NCBI RefSeq assembly: GCF_006345805.1
Contig: NC_042997.1
Span: 176,638,001-176,702,000, forward strand
DNA: 64,000 nucleotides
Source of the DNA: Octopus sinensis
Lineage: Eukaryota
Direction of reading: 5' to 3'
Part shown: in pieces, positions 63,153-64,000 of the stretch
How the letters are laid out: each line of letters opens with the position of its first letter
Position numbering within the stretch: the first letter of the stretch is position 1
Translations under genes and position numbers: made by a program
The notes under the pieces: model-generated
Database searches by the model: none
Told to the model about the DNA's origin: nothing
What the model saw: the letters and a program-made list of their open reading frames with translations, nothing else

Positions 63153-63520
63153 AAAAGGAGGCAGTCAGAATTTTGGATAATTCCTTATTAGCGCTTTCCT
63201 TCATTTAACCAAACTCTTCAAAATAAAAGCAAGATAATAAAACAGAAAGTTTCTTTGTCTTTTATATGAATCGAAGAGCAGATGATGTTTTATTTTGTTT
63301 AGAAGAGGAGAAATTTTGTTTTTGGAGAAGGGGAGAAAAAAAAAAAAAAAAACAAACAAAATTTCTCCTTCTAAGCAAAACAAAACAACACCCACTCTTT
63401 AATTCACATAAAAAGTGAAGTAACTTTCTGTTTTATTATCTTGATTTTATTTTGAAAAGTTTGGTTAAATGAACGAAAGTGTTAATAAAGAATTATCCGA
63501 AATTCTGAATGCCTCCTTTT
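63153..63520. repeat. fold-back element (about 170-bp arms) in a BBS4 intron
   Basis: aaaaggaggcagtcagaattttggataattc... is inverted against ...gaattatccgaaattctgaatgcctcctttt, with an A-rich loop. Confidence 0.85.
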
Positions 63521-64000
63521 TCAAAATATACAATATCTGTACATTACTTCAAACAGTCTATACACACACACACACACACACACACACATTTTCTCACCTG
63601 ACTAAGCCATAATCTCACCTCTTAATATGTTTTAAACATGAGCAGTGTGATGTTGGTTGTAAACACTATAATAAATTCATAGCTGAAAGATACTAGGGCT
63701 ATTTTGCTGCAGACTGGAGCCTGGCAGCTCTCTGGCTTACCAATTCCAGTCAAATCATCTAACCCATGTCAGCAAGGAAAATGGATGCTAAATGGTGATG
63801 ATGATGATGATGATGATGTCAGACAAGTAGGCAGTGGGAACAAAATTATTTTTGAGGCTTCCAGCTTAATTAACTGGTAAGATAAACGATAGGAAATTTT
63901 CTGCCTCTTCACACCTGCACTTGGGGAGCAAGGGAGGGGACTTCCTCCTTGCTCCCCATCTGATTGTAGATTCAACACAACAATAGCATAATCTTTCACT

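Overview
AT-rich, repeat-dense eukaryotic genomic DNA. The SINE, LINE and MITE families suggest an octopus, which is my inference from the sequence and not a database result. Two protein-coding genes can be supported, both on the minus strand. (1) The last two coding exons of BBS4 (62712-62574, 59491-59120). (2) An apparently complete 8-exon, about 519-aa type I membrane protein (45781-19045): signal peptide, one FN3 domain with a long insertion, three laminin-type EGF domains, a TM helix and a YxxL tail (MEGF9-like), with all introns phase 1. The rest is mainly transposon debris: RTE, CR1-like, Tx1/L1 and RLE LINEs, several tRNA-headed SINE families, mariner/Tc1/maT/DD41D, hAT, piggyBac-type and MULE-type MITEs, Helitrons and microsatellites. 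The most notable unexplained signal is a cluster of type I hammerhead-ribozyme motifs at 47.8-49.0 kb, plus a dispersed repeat carrying a variant hammerhead core. There are also many long inverted repeats inside introns. I found no CRISPR array, rRNA or true tRNA gene. Exon boundaries were read by hand. Repeat boundaries are approximate unless TSDs are quoted. No searches or folding computations were run.
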